A stretch of 64,000 bases of DNA, from the NCBI GenBank assembly GCA_965237415.1, contig CBDEFM010000001.1, positions 512,001-576,000 of the forward strand. Direction: 5' to 3'. How positions within the stretch are numbered: position 1 is the stretch's first letter; each line of letters starts with the position of its first letter. Below the pieces are notes generated by a model. That model did not search any database and was not told where the DNA came from. It saw only the letters and a list, made by a program, of their open reading frames with translations. The position numbers were made by a program, and so were the translations under genes. This DNA comes from Alphaproteobacteria bacterium. GTDB lineage: Bacteria > Pseudomonadota > Alphaproteobacteria > UBA828. Shown in pieces: positions 52,779 to 62,508 of this stretch.

Positions 52779-53209
52779 CAAGTCAGCCGTTCACCAAAGT
52801 GTCAGTGTCGCCTGCGCTGCTCGGTTCCGGGCCTAATCGGCGGTTTTCCAGAGCCGGCCCGAGGTCGCTGCAGATTGCGCGTGTAGTAAGCGGCCAGCCT
52901 TCGCATTGCTCCACGGTCGTGTGCGGCCATGGCACGTATGCCGCAGTTGCAGGATATCCCCTAACTGAAGTTGTGGCCGGCGGCGCGGCGCACACGTATG
53001 GTCTCCGCCATGAGCAGTCTTGACGGACGAAATCATGGTGCTGATCGCGACGAACCCAATCGGCTGGGCCGAAGCGGAGCAGCCCCAAGAAGGAATACCC
53101 GGAGAACGGCGGTGCATGCGCAAGCGGCGGAGACGACAGGATCGCATGGCTCTCGGTGTGCAAAACCGCGACATGAGTCGCCGATCGATACCACCGCCAG
53201 CCATGCTGG

Positions 53210-53394
53210 CGGTTACACGATCTTCGCCACTCTTGTGCACCATATTCCATTAACTTACTATTCTTATTGTGTTTTTCATCTTTCCATTTCGTTCCGTAAT
53301 CATATAGTCACCGGATTCGATCTATATCGTGACGCGACATGTCGCGTCATGCACCGCCATCTCCCGCTGGTCTCGAAATTGCCCCAAAATACTC
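53210..53394 (+). repeat. RLHDLRHS junction plus conserved non-coding arm, copy B, with a 20-bp palindrome
   Basis: CGG TTA CAC GAT CTT CGC CAC TCT TGTGCA; blocks shared with 41404-41561; TGACGCGACATGTCGCGTCA at 53330-53349. Confidence 0.75.
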
Positions 53395-53431
53395 GTAAAG
53401 GTTCGGTCGGGCCGGTATGGGTCGGTGGATT

Positions 53432-54313
53432 TTACCGATTGAGGGTTCGCTTCCAATCTCTTCGCAGGGGCCGAAGCCAGATGTCCTTCCTGGGCTTGTC
53501 GTACAGCTTGTCCCGGTCGTATCGGCCGCGCCCCTTGGTCGCTCCGACATGGATCCAGCCGGAGGCTCTGTAGACGGCTCCGGTGTAGCGGGGCGTCTCG
53601 ACGAAAGTCTCGATGAGCACGGGCGTTGTGTTGTAGCGCTCGGTCCAGTCCTCGGGCAGGCGCCGGCGGATGATGGCGAGGATGTGCGAGCCCAGGTTGG
53701 GGATATTGATCCAGGGCAGGATCAGGAACCGCGGGTTATCGACCACGAGGGGGAGGTTCTTCTCGCGCAGTTGCGGCGTCCACCCGATGAAGGTGTCGCG
53801 CGGGGCGAGCTTCCAGGCGGCGGTGGAGAAGCCGAGCATGGCGACGGGCCAGCCGTTGCGGTCGTGGGCGGCGTAGCGCATCTGGGCGCCGACCAGGGTC
53901 CTGTAGCCGAGATAGTGGTAGCGGGCGATGAACTCGTTCCACAGCTTGCCCTCCCGGGTGCCGCGCACGACGGGCCGCAGGGTGAGCGGACGGACCTCGT
54001 CGAGGGTTGTCGGCGTCGGGAACAGCGGCGGTTGGGTGTGCGGTCCGAAGATGATGGGCTTGGGCCGGTTCTGCCGTCCCTGCTTCGGCGGCAGAACGAT
54101 GAGGCCGTCGCGGTGCATATCGAGCATGGTGACCCTGGCCATCATGTCCTTGAGGCCGCCGTCGGGCTTGAACCAGCCGATGCGCCGGCAGAACGCCTTC
54201 GACAGGCGATGGCGGTTCAGCGCCGGAGGGTCGGCGATCAGGGCGCGCAGCAGCGCCATCTCTTCGGCGGTGAAGTCGCGGCCGTAATAGCGGCACTCGA
54301 CGGCGCCGGTCAT
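53432..54313 (-). CDS. DUF4338 (Druantia DruA-like) protein carried inside the IS
   Basis: YHYLGY, G.QMRY, RD.FIGW, N.RFLILPW, ETFVE, G.VYRASGW..VG.TKGRG. Confidence 0.85.
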   Translation of the reverse strand: MTGAVECRYYGRDFTAEEMALLRALIADPPALNRHRLSKAFCRRIGWFKPDGGLKDMMARVTMLDMHRDGLIVLPPKQGRQNRPKPIIFGPHTQPPLFPTPTTLDEVRPLTLRPVVRGTREGKLWNEFIARYHYLGYRTLVGAQMRYAAHDRNGWPVAMLGFSTAAWKLAPRDTFIGWTPQLREKNLPLVVDNPRFLILPWINIPNLGSHILAIIRRRLPEDWTERYNTTPVLIETFVETPRYTGAVYRASGWIHVGATKGRGRYDRDKLYDKPRKDIWLRPLRRDWKRTLNR

Positions 54314-56871
54314 CCCGGCGCCGTCAGTGCGAGCCTGTGTTCCTCGTTCATCGACCATGGCAGCCAAGGCGACAGGTCGTCCGGCGGTCGACGGCCATTC
54401 TTCGCGCATTCTTCCAGCCACGCCTCAAGCCAGCGCAGGACATCGATGCCGTTCAACGCGAGGGTGCCCACCACCGAGTACATCATGGCCGTGAACCGGG
54501 CGCCGGTCTCGCTGTCGGAGCCGAACGACAGGCGTCTTCCGATCGCTGGCCCTCTGAGCATCCTTTCGGCGAGATTGTTGTCCATCGGCGTCAGCGGGCG
54601 GTCGACGAAGACGCTCAGCCCCTCGCGATGGTTGATGAGCGAGCGCAGGGCCTTGCCCTCACGCGCCTCGTCGGGCAGGCCGGCGAGCTCCCGTTCGGCC
54701 TGCGCGAACAGGCCGTCGAGCGTCTCCTTCAGCGCGCCCTGTGCCGTGTCGAACGCCGGCGTCTGGCGCTCAAGCCCGGCGCCGTAATGCTCCAGCCGCG
54801 CCTCGTTCAGGCGGTAGATCGACGCGATCCGCTCGATCCATCCCCGGCACCATTCCGTCAGGCTGACCTGGCCGGCCGCGCACTCGATAAAATCGCGCCG
54901 TTGATGAGACCAGCAGAACGCAAGGGTCACCAGCCCCCCGCGAAGGCGAGCGAGCCGCTTGTAGGCGCTATAGCGGTCGCAGACGATGACCGTGTGGAGG
55001 AGGGCCGCCGCGAACAGCTTCTCCGCCGCTTCGGCGCTGCGCGAAGGGTCGATATGGAAGTAGACGGCATCGCTGCTGACCGAGGTCCACAGCCAGGCGC
55101 GGCTCGACCGGTCTTCCCCGCGAAGCTCTTGCACGCGCCAGCTGGTTTCGTCGGCATGGCGCAGCGCCGCCTTGTCCTGGTGCGCGAGGATCGCCCCGGC
55201 GACTGGCTCGAACAGTGGCACGAAGCGGAGCATGCTGTCGGCGAGCGTGCCGGGAGAGATCGGCAGCCCCCGGTCGGACAGCCACGCGGCGACCCGCTTG
55301 AGCGGGCGGTAGCAGGCATAGCGTTCGAACAGGACGCAGGCCCACACGCTGATTCCGTAGGGCGTGTTGCGGAACAACCGCGGCACCGGGGGCGCCGACA
55401 CTTCGATCGGCGACGACGCGCAGCCGCAGGCCCGGCGCCAGCGCGGACGGCGGATCACACGCTTGTGGGCCTTGACGTCGATCTCGACGAGCGGGGAGAT
55501 ATCGGCGCCGATCGCCGCATAGGGCTTGCCGCAACAGGAGCACACACGCGCCTCCTTCGGCGGGTTGATCTCCTCCTCGCGCTCCTCGAGCCCGGGCCGT
55601 CGGGTACGGCCATGGCCTGGGGCGCCGCGCTGCTGGCCGCGCGGGCGTCCGGAACGCGGCGTCTCCTGCTTCTCGCTCTTTCGGCCGAACAGCGCCTTCG
55701 ACAGCACCGCCCCGGTCGCGCGAAGCCTGGCAAGCTGCGCTTCCAGCGTCTGGATCCGATTCCACGACGCCTTCGCGCCCTTGCGCAGCCGGGCGTTCTC
55801 CCTGGACAGCGATTTGATCGTGGCCTTCTGGCGCCGCGATCTCCGCAATGCCCTGCGCAGGTCGGCATCCGCAATGGACAGCGACTTCGACAGCGTCTTC
55901 CTGACCGCTCGAAGCCCGGCAAGCTCGGACTCAAGCGCCTTTCTGATTGCACGAAGTTTGGCAGGCTGAACCTCCAGCGACGCTTGCCGCCTCTCCAACT
56001 TCCGCACGGTCCTGCGCAGCCGGGCGTTCTCCTTGCCGAACGACGTGATCGTGGCCTTCTGGCGCCGAGATCTCCTCAGGGCTGTACGAAGTTGAGCAGC
56101 CTCGTCGCACGACAACTTTGACAGCGTCGCCCCGGTCGCGCGAAGCTTGGTAAGCCGCGCCTTCAATTTGTCCTTTTGGGCCTCGGACACGTTCAGAGCA
56201 ACGCGCAGCCGGTAGCCCTCGCCGGACAAGGATTTCACCGCGTCCTTCTGGTCGCGCAGTCGCCTCAGTTCCGCAACAAGACGAACGATCTCGCGGTTCT
56301 GCGATCCGATCGTCTCCTTGTGGGTTTCCGCGCCCTGCAAATCCTTGCGCAACTCACGGACCTCGTACTCCAGCAACCCGGCCTTCGCCGCCCGGGCCTG
56401 CGCCACCTTCAGAGCCTTGCGCAGCTGGTTGACCTCCGTGAGCGACACAACCGGGGGCTGCCTGGCGGCCTCGATGCGGGATTCCGAAGGCCGCTGCTCA
56501 AACCGCGTCACTTCCGCCTTCGATGATTGCGCGGCCTTCACCGCGCGACGCAGTTCCTTCACCTCGACGCGGGACGCCTCCAGCTTGCCCCGACAGCTGT
56601 CGAGCTGCCACTTGAAAGAACCCGCCCGGGAACGAGCATCCACATCTGACCGGCGCAGCTCTTCACAGCGTGCTTCGGCCGCGTCCGCCCGCGCCCGTTC
56701 CCGCTCCGCACGGGCGTGCTGCCGCTCGTACAGCGAACGCCAGTCGCGCGGCTGCTGCTCCAGCACGGACGCAGGGAACGACCAACCTGCATCGTCACCA
56801 TCGGCCTGCGTCAGCGCTGCGCCAATATCTTCGTCGAGAACCGCCATGCGCTCAACGATAGCCCATGGCAA
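54310..56871 (-). CDS. IS66 family transposase with long N-terminal coiled coil
   Basis: LFGRKSEK, CxxC zinc finger, HADET, CDRYSAY, CWSHQRR, DNNLAER..R. Confidence 0.92.
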   Translation of the reverse strand: MPWAIVERMAVLDEDIGAALTQADGDDAGWSFPASVLEQQPRDWRSLYERQHARAERERARADAAEARCEELRRSDVDARSRAGSFKWQLDSCRGKLEASRVEVKELRRAVKAAQSSKAEVTRFEQRPSESRIEAARQPPVVSLTEVNQLRKALKVAQARAAKAGLLEYEVRELRKDLQGAETHKETIGSQNREIVRLVAELRRLRDQKDAVKSLSGEGYRLRVALNVSEAQKDKLKARLTKLRATGATLSKLSCDEAAQLRTALRRSRRQKATITSFGKENARLRRTVRKLERRQASLEVQPAKLRAIRKALESELAGLRAVRKTLSKSLSIADADLRRALRRSRRQKATIKSLSRENARLRKGAKASWNRIQTLEAQLARLRATGAVLSKALFGRKSEKQETPRSGRPRGQQRGAPGHGRTRRPGLEEREEEINPPKEARVCSCCGKPYAAIGADISPLVEIDVKAHKRVIRRPRWRRACGCASSPIEVSAPPVPRLFRNTPYGISVWACVLFERYACYRPLKRVAAWLSDRGLPISPGTLADSMLRFVPLFEPVAGAILAHQDKAALRHADETSWRVQELRGEDRSSRAWLWTSVSSDAVYFHIDPSRSAEAAEKLFAAALLHTVIVCDRYSAYKRLARLRGGLVTLAFCWSHQRRDFIECAAGQVSLTEWCRGWIERIASIYRLNEARLEHYGAGLERQTPAFDTAQGALKETLDGLFAQAERELAGLPDEAREGKALRSLINHREGLSVFVDRPLTPMDNNLAERMLRGPAIGRRLSFGSDSETGARFTAMMYSVVGTLALNGIDVLRWLEAWLEECAKNGRRPPDDLSPWLPWSMNEEHRLALTAPG

Positions 56872-56965
56872 AACGCGTTACCAGCCCAATTTTAGAGTTC
56901 ATCCCGACATGGATGATGAGCCCAACGTCGGCCTATACCGGCCCGACCGAACCTTTACAAATACT

Positions 56966-57124
56966 CGGCATTCCATCGCGTTTCGTGCGCTGGCGCTCGG
57001 CGAGATCCTGCCGGTGATCGGCAAGCTGCCGGGCCACAGCGATATCGAGACGACGGCCCACTACGCCCATCTGGCGCAGGACTGGATTCATCAGACCGCA
57101 GAGCGCATCGCCGATAGCATTGCG
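56966..57124 (+). pseudogene. Integrase 3' fragment R6 (Int2-like)
   Basis: RHSIAFRALALGEILPVIGKLPGHSDIETTAHYAHLAQDWIHQTAERIADSIA. Confidence 0.88.
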
Positions 57125-57129
57125 CGCGG

Positions 57130-57800
57130 GCCAAGACCGTCGCCGGTCTCCCGAAGCGCCATTCGGTTCGCCACATCGACGCCGAGACCGTGCTCGAGAG
57201 GACGCGCCAACCCCGCCATCTCCGTCGCCCCCGGCACCGCCATTGCCCATCTCGAGTGCCCATCTCGAGGTGGTGTTCTCACAACTCGCCGTCATCGACC
57301 GCCAGCTCGCCAGGGCGTATCGCGGGATCGACCGCCTGACCGCGGCGTTGGCCTGGACCATGGCATCTCCGGAGGACGAGCCCGGCACGCAAGAGCAGCG
57401 TGACGTAGAAATCCTGAACTCGCTTCCCGGCGTCGGCAGTATCGTCCTCGCCACGCTGCTCGCAGAAGCACATGATCCTCTGCGACTACGAGACTATCAG
57501 GCCTTGATATGCCTGTCCGGCGTCGCGCCCGACACCAAACGTTCGGGCAAGACCCTGATGGTGGTTCGCCGCCACGCGGCCCACAACCGGCTGAAGAACG
57601 CCGTCTACTGCTCGGCCAGCGTCGCCGTGCAGTAAGACGCCGTCAGCAAGGCCAAATACGCCGCTCTGCGCGCCCTAGGCCACGGCCATGCCCGCACTCT
57701 GCGTTCGGTCGCCGACCGGCTTCTCGCGGTCGCCTGCGCGATGATCCAAAACCCGACGCTGTTCGCGCCGGATCAACGGCACCGACGCCATGCCCCCTGA
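57130..57800 (+). pseudogene. IS110 family transposase 3' remnant with internal stop
   Basis: SLPGVG, SGVAP.TKRSGK, N.RLKNA; TAA at 57633 with in-frame continuation KYAALR..GH.HAR.LRSVADR. Confidence 0.8.
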
Positions 57801-58069
57801 AACAGACCTACCGGTATCCAGCGGGCATATAAGCCGCAAAAGCCGACTTACAAATGTTGGGGAGTCCCTCCCATTGCGCGCAACCCAAGCCGCACTCTCA
57901 GGTGAACACCATCTATGTACTAACAGTATTTTATCACCTTCTCTTCTTGAACACTCTGCATGCTACACCCGCACCTCAAAAACAGGCAACCGCGCCAATC
58001 TTGTATTTATAACTTGATGCCTGCGTCCGAAGTGAAATCAACCGTCATTAGATGTGCTACACGGCACTT

Positions 58070-60544
58070 TCATCCGTTGGAGTTGTTTATTCGCTGCACC
58101 GCATTTTCTACTCGCTGAAAATGTTCGTCTCCAAGTCCTACTGTAGCTTTCCAATCAAAGTACGCAGGCGACAAATCGGAGGCATTCCACACCCCTGTGA
58201 GATATTCTCTAAAACTCTTGGTCCGCTGGAGTCGTTTGTCTATTGTGAATTCCTCCAACTCCTTGCGAATTCTCGCAAAAGATTCTTGGTGGAATATGGG
58301 TGTATCAAATACCATACCATCTAAATAGGCAAAAATTCCAGCCCACCTTTTGATATGATAGACGCCTACGGATGTGTTTCTAAATGCGAACGGCATTTTT
58401 CCTATGAGTTCTGAAGTGTCGTCCTCCTCGAAAGTAATTCTCTCGGAACTTTCTATCAGACGTCTGTTTGTCAACCGACGAAGCTTGCTCTCGATCTGTC
58501 GAGGTACAAAATTCCATCCCTGCATTTCTGCCAATATCTCTTCTACGGCGGTAAACCCATCCTTATTTTTTGGCGACTCTGCCCAACACAAGAATTCTAG
58601 TATCATCAAAGCCAGAAAATGCTCTCGTTCGTCTGGGTATTGCACATCAAACAAGTTCATGGCCATAGACGAATCCGGGTTGTAGTGTGAGTAATCCCCC
58701 AAAATTGCCGCTTTGGAAAATTCGTGAAGTGGAATCAAATACCTCCCTTCCGTCTTCAATATACGAATGATTTTATGAACGTCTACATTTGGACTGCCTA
58801 TAACTTTAACTACAAACTCAATTACTGCCCTGATATTGCCACCAGTGATATTTGCCAAGATCTCCCGAATTTCCGTGTTTCGTTCCATTGACGCCAACAG
58901 CGCCTTGAGAAATAGCGACAAATCCTCGAGATTTAACGTGATACCACGCATTCTTTCAGGTGACACCTTCCCGTCAGCTACGCTGAGTGCGAATTTAAGT
59001 CTTTTCTCGATAACTAATTCAGGTCTCGGAGGCGCGATCGTAAATACCCGATGAGGATATGCCGAAAACGCCCCGGCCCTTTTCGATCGAAAAAAAGTCT
59101 GCGGCCGCACGGAAATAAATACCATAGCATTCCATTGGCTAGCAAATTCCTGGGCGATGATGAATGCTTCTTGTTGAATGTCCGTCGACCGTTGGTCTGA
59201 ATTGTCTATGATCAATATGACCTGCCGCTTTCGCGCGCGAGAAATGTGCTCGATGCATTTTCTCAAATGAACGGGTTTATCTTCCACTCGGTCTACGAGC
59301 ATTCTCAGTACATGTTCCTCATATTTTCCGGTGTCGCTCGCATATGCTTTTCCATAGACGCTGTGTCGAAACCTCTTAACGTCCAGATCATATACGCCAC
59401 GAACGAAATCAGCATTGTCGGTGTCTACGTCGTACTTGAACCGGAGCTGCCGATCAATCTCCCTAATCACAAAACTCTTCAGATCGGCTTCGAGTGCCGC
59501 GGTAGACCCAAGATCAATATATATGTTGATAGACTGTTTGAACTCTTCTGAGGCTTTTAACAGCATTAGTTGCTTAATGAATGAAGTTTTACCGACTCCA
59601 ACGTCACCCAGCAGAACAATAGGTCTTCGTGCAACCGCTTCAGTTATAATATCTGTTGTGATCTGCAAAGGCGCTTTTCGCGTGGATACTGGCTCCAGTC
59701 TCGGCTGTTCTTCGCCCTGTGGAAACAAAGCAGCATATCTAGCAACTAGCAGACTGCGACTCAAGAGAGAGTGTCGACTAAGAGCGCCGGTTTCACAATA
59801 GCACTCTCTGTAAAACTTCTCTTCAATGTCTTCATTGTTAGGAATGTCTTCTATTAACAGCTCCGCAACGGCTCTTAAAGTGGCTTGCGCATCTGACTGA
59901 TATCGGACAATGGGAAAGCGTTGCAAAAATGTTGACGGCTTGGGCGGCAAGGGAATGTTGGACCCACTTGTCAAGAGTCTATGGAGGCGCCGTTCGGCTA
60001 TACCCTCCGGAGACAGATTCTGCCACAGACGAGCAAAGTCAGAAACCATATTTTTGTGATCACGCAATACTAGCGCATTTCCTTCTAGTGGTGGTTGTCC
60101 AATGCGTATGGCCAAGAACGCTATCAATTGTGTTCCATTACAAACTACCCCTACTTCGACACCACGGGTGTTACAATACTGGGATACCTGTTTTATCGCG
60201 CTAGCTGCCTCTTCACTCACGGCCATTATCGAAGGTAGCGGTTGGATTGGTTTGCCTGTCAAGTTTGCAGGCAGCTCAAAATATTTTCCTTCTTTCTTCG
60301 CTTCCCAGATGACGCTAGTGGGATAGCCGAGCATATAATCGGCAAACTCTCCGCTGTGATAATGCTCTAATGAAATTGTAGGCTTTGGCCAACCCAAACA
60401 ATTTGTCAGTAGTTCGTCGATGAAGTGAAATCTGGTATTTGCCTCATTCCAATCTACTTTCTTTTGTTCAATTTCCTTCGTGAGACTGCGAAGCGCATTT
60501 CGCCCTTCCTCAAGAGTAACCGAAGCTTCTAGATTTTCGATCAT
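58070..60544 (-). CDS. HsdR_N-like restriction-endonuclease domain fused to a P-loop ATPase
   Basis: NEANTR..FID..L...LGW, ADY, EAKK, Q...Y, NG; Walker A GDVGVGKT, Walker B LIIDN; low GC. Confidence 0.78.
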   Translation of the reverse strand: MIENLEASVTLEEGRNALRSLTKEIEQKKVDWNEANTRFHFIDELLTNCLGWPKPTISLEHYHSGEFADYMLGYPTSVIWEAKKEGKYFELPANLTGKPIQPLPSIMAVSEEAASAIKQVSQYCNTRGVEVGVVCNGTQLIAFLAIRIGQPPLEGNALVLRDHKNMVSDFARLWQNLSPEGIAERRLHRLLTSGSNIPLPPKPSTFLQRFPIVRYQSDAQATLRAVAELLIEDIPNNEDIEEKFYRECYCETGALSRHSLLSRSLLVARYAALFPQGEEQPRLEPVSTRKAPLQITTDIITEAVARRPIVLLGDVGVGKTSFIKQLMLLKASEEFKQSINIYIDLGSTAALEADLKSFVIREIDRQLRFKYDVDTDNADFVRGVYDLDVKRFRHSVYGKAYASDTGKYEEHVLRMLVDRVEDKPVHLRKCIEHISRARKRQVILIIDNSDQRSTDIQQEAFIIAQEFASQWNAMVFISVRPQTFFRSKRAGAFSAYPHRVFTIAPPRPELVIEKRLKFALSVADGKVSPERMRGITLNLEDLSLFLKALLASMERNTEIREILANITGGNIRAVIEFVVKVIGSPNVDVHKIIRILKTEGRYLIPLHEFSKAAILGDYSHYNPDSSMAMNLFDVQYPDEREHFLALMILEFLCWAESPKNKDGFTAVEEILAEMQGWNFVPRQIESKLRRLTNRRLIESSERITFEEDDTSELIGKMPFAFRNTSVGVYHIKRWAGIFAYLDGMVFDTPIFHQESFARIRKELEEFTIDKRLQRTKSFREYLTGVWNASDLSPAYFDWKATVGLGDEHFQRVENAVQRINNSNG

Positions 60545-60715
60545 GAACCCTTACCCATTCTTCCTTTAGGCCGAGGCGCAACCAGCCTAACCATCGTGGA
60601 GCGGTTATTCAATCTGTGCCTAGGAGGTTTCTTTTGCCATTTTGTCCATTACTGGATCTAGCTTTCCTCTTCCAGAGCTAAATCTCCCAAAGAATTTCCT
60701 GCTTATCCGTGACAT

Positions 60716-61110
60716 TCATCCTGCGATGAGGAGGCGACAGGGCATCGGGTCGGTTCGGGCGGCGCTATCGACGAAGCGCGGGATCATCGTCTGGAGTTGA
60801 TAACGGCGGTTGTAGTGCCTGGCGAAACTGGCGAGGTAGCGCGCGGTGTGATCGGGGGCGAGCTTGCGATAGGTCCCGGTGACCGCGCACTTGATGTTGC
60901 CGAGTACCGTATTGACCCATTTGAATGACGCCACGCGGGCCGCCTTGCGTCCCGAGCCGGTGCGGATTGCCCGATGGCTACAGGCGGCCTCGTCGAGTGC
61001 GCTCCAGCAGCCCAGGCCGTCCGTCACAACTGCCGCGCCGGGGGCCAGCCAGTGCTTGGCGCCGCGCGCAATCTCGCGCTTGCGGAAGCCCTTGACCGAA
61101 GATAGTCGTC
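60716..61110 (-). pseudogene. IS1595 family transposase 3' remnant
   Basis: VTDGL, WVNTVLGNIK....GTY, YLA.F...YNRR. Confidence 0.8.
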
Positions 61111-61382
61111 TCCCGTTCCATAGATGGGAATTTTCTATGGCCAATCCCCGGTTGCTGGGAGTGTTTAAGGCCAATGCGAACACTTTCCACGACCTCCTTG
61201 CCTGATATGCATTCACCCATCCAGGCGGGCGGCATCCGAAGCTGCAACCCTGTGACCACCTTGCGTTTTCTCGCCTCCGGTTCGACTGCCTTCCAATCGT
61301 CCGTCATCGTATAGCAATCGCCCGGTTTCCATATCGGGACCGTTTGTGGCGTCGTCGGACACGATGGACGTCCATTCCGCGG

Positions 61383-61670
61383 TCACCGGCTCTCGTCTGG
61401 GTTCACGGCATCCCGGAGCGCCTTGCCCGCCTTGAATGTCGGCGACGTCGACGCCGCGATCGAAACCGCCTCGCCCGTTCGCGGGTTGCGCCCGGTACGA
61501 GCCGGTCGGCTCCTGGTGCCAAAGGTGCCGAACCCTGCAATCCGCACCTCCTCGCCATTCGCCAGCGTCTCGGAGATCGTGGCGCACATGCCGTCCACGG
61601 CGCCCCTTGCGGCCTCTTTGGTCATTCCGGCCCGCGCCGCGAGTCGTTCCGCCAATTCGCCCTTGTTCAT
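61383..61670 (-). CDS. hup: HU family DNA-binding protein
   Basis: MNKGEL, GFGTF, RTGRNPRTGE, P.FKAGK.LRDAV. Confidence 0.93.
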   Translation of the reverse strand: MNKGELAERLAARAGMTKEAARGAVDGMCATISETLANGEEVRIAGFGTFGTRSRPARTGRNPRTGEAVSIAASTSPTFKAGKALRDAVNPDESR

Positions 61671-61803
61671 CCAGTCTCCTCCCCGATGCCGGCCCACCCT
61701 GCCCGGAAGCCCGGCCTGCGCGTTGCTCGACTACCACGAATTGCTCTTGCTCTCGATACCCAGTGCTCCTGCATCCGTCGTCACGTTCTTGCCGACAAAC
61801 CGT

Positions 61804-62508
61804 TCAGTGCGCACCGCAGCAACGCTTGTACTTGCGGCCAGAGCCGCACGGGCAGGGTTCGTTCCGGCCCGCCTTGCGACCGAATGCGGGCGGCTCGCCG
61901 GGGCCGATCCCGGCATCGAACACGCTGGGGGCCCTGCCGCCCTTCCCGGATTGCCGGGACTTCGTCCAGGCGTTCAGGTTGCGCACGAACTTCGGGATCA
62001 TCCCCGGCGCGAGCCGGTCGAACTCGTCCTCCGCCTCTTCCGTCAACTCGGACCGGCCATAGTAGAAATCGTTCAGGGCAATGATCATGCTGACCGACGC
62101 CGACGCCTCGTCGTCGTCGCTCAGCGCGATCTCCTCCCACGCATCCGGGCGCAGCCGCATGGCCCGTTCGAAGCCGTCTATCCACGGCTCCCACAGGGAT
62201 TCGCCGCTATTGGGGTCGATTTCCAGGACCGGCGCGTAATCCTCCGGACGATCCGCCAGCTCCCGCGCGATCCGGTTGTAGTGCCCCATCACCGCTGCGA
62301 TCGTCGCTTCCGCCTCGGCGACCTCCGCAAACTCGTGCTCTTCGCCCCAGACGCCCGATAGCCATTCGGAGGGCAGGACCATCTCCGGGCATACGATCAG
62401 GCCCGCGACATAGCCGTCCAGTTCCCCGATGCTCATGCCGTCCCCTTCAGCGGGAATGGCGTGCAGCAGGTCGTTCAACCGGTCTAGGTCCGGGTCCGTA
62501 TCGCTCAT
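61804..62508 (-). CDS. UPF0149/YecA family protein with SEC-C motif
   Basis: ELDGY..G....P....PSEWL; GRNEPCPCGSGRKYKRCCG. Confidence 0.9.
   Translation of the reverse strand: MSDTDPDLDRLNDLLHAIPAEGDGMSIGELDGYVAGLIVCPEMVLPSEWLSGVWGEEHEFAEVAEAEATIAAVMGHYNRIARELADRPEDYAPVLEIDPNSGESLWEPWIDGFERAMRLRPDAWEEIALSDDDEASASVSMIIALNDFYYGRSELTEEAEDEFDRLAPGMIPKFVRNLNAWTKSRQSGKGGRAPSVFDAGIGPGEPPAFGRKAGRNEPCPCGSGRKYKRCCGAH

Larger units (their letters stand above)
53395..56958 (-). mobile_element. Complete IS66-like element, 3564 bp
   Basis: Perfect 24-bp IRs (53395-53418, 56935-56958) starting GTAA; 8-bp target duplication AAATACTC at 53387-53394 and 56959-56966. Confidence 0.93.

Noticed and set aside
53432-54313. 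Druantia defence system
   Set aside because: Only the DUF4338 gene is present, inside IS ends; no DruE helicase or other dru genes.
29235-57124. Classical integron
   Set aside because: The integrases have arm-binding domains and I saw no IntI-specific insertion or attC sites with RYYYAAC/GTTRRRY ends.
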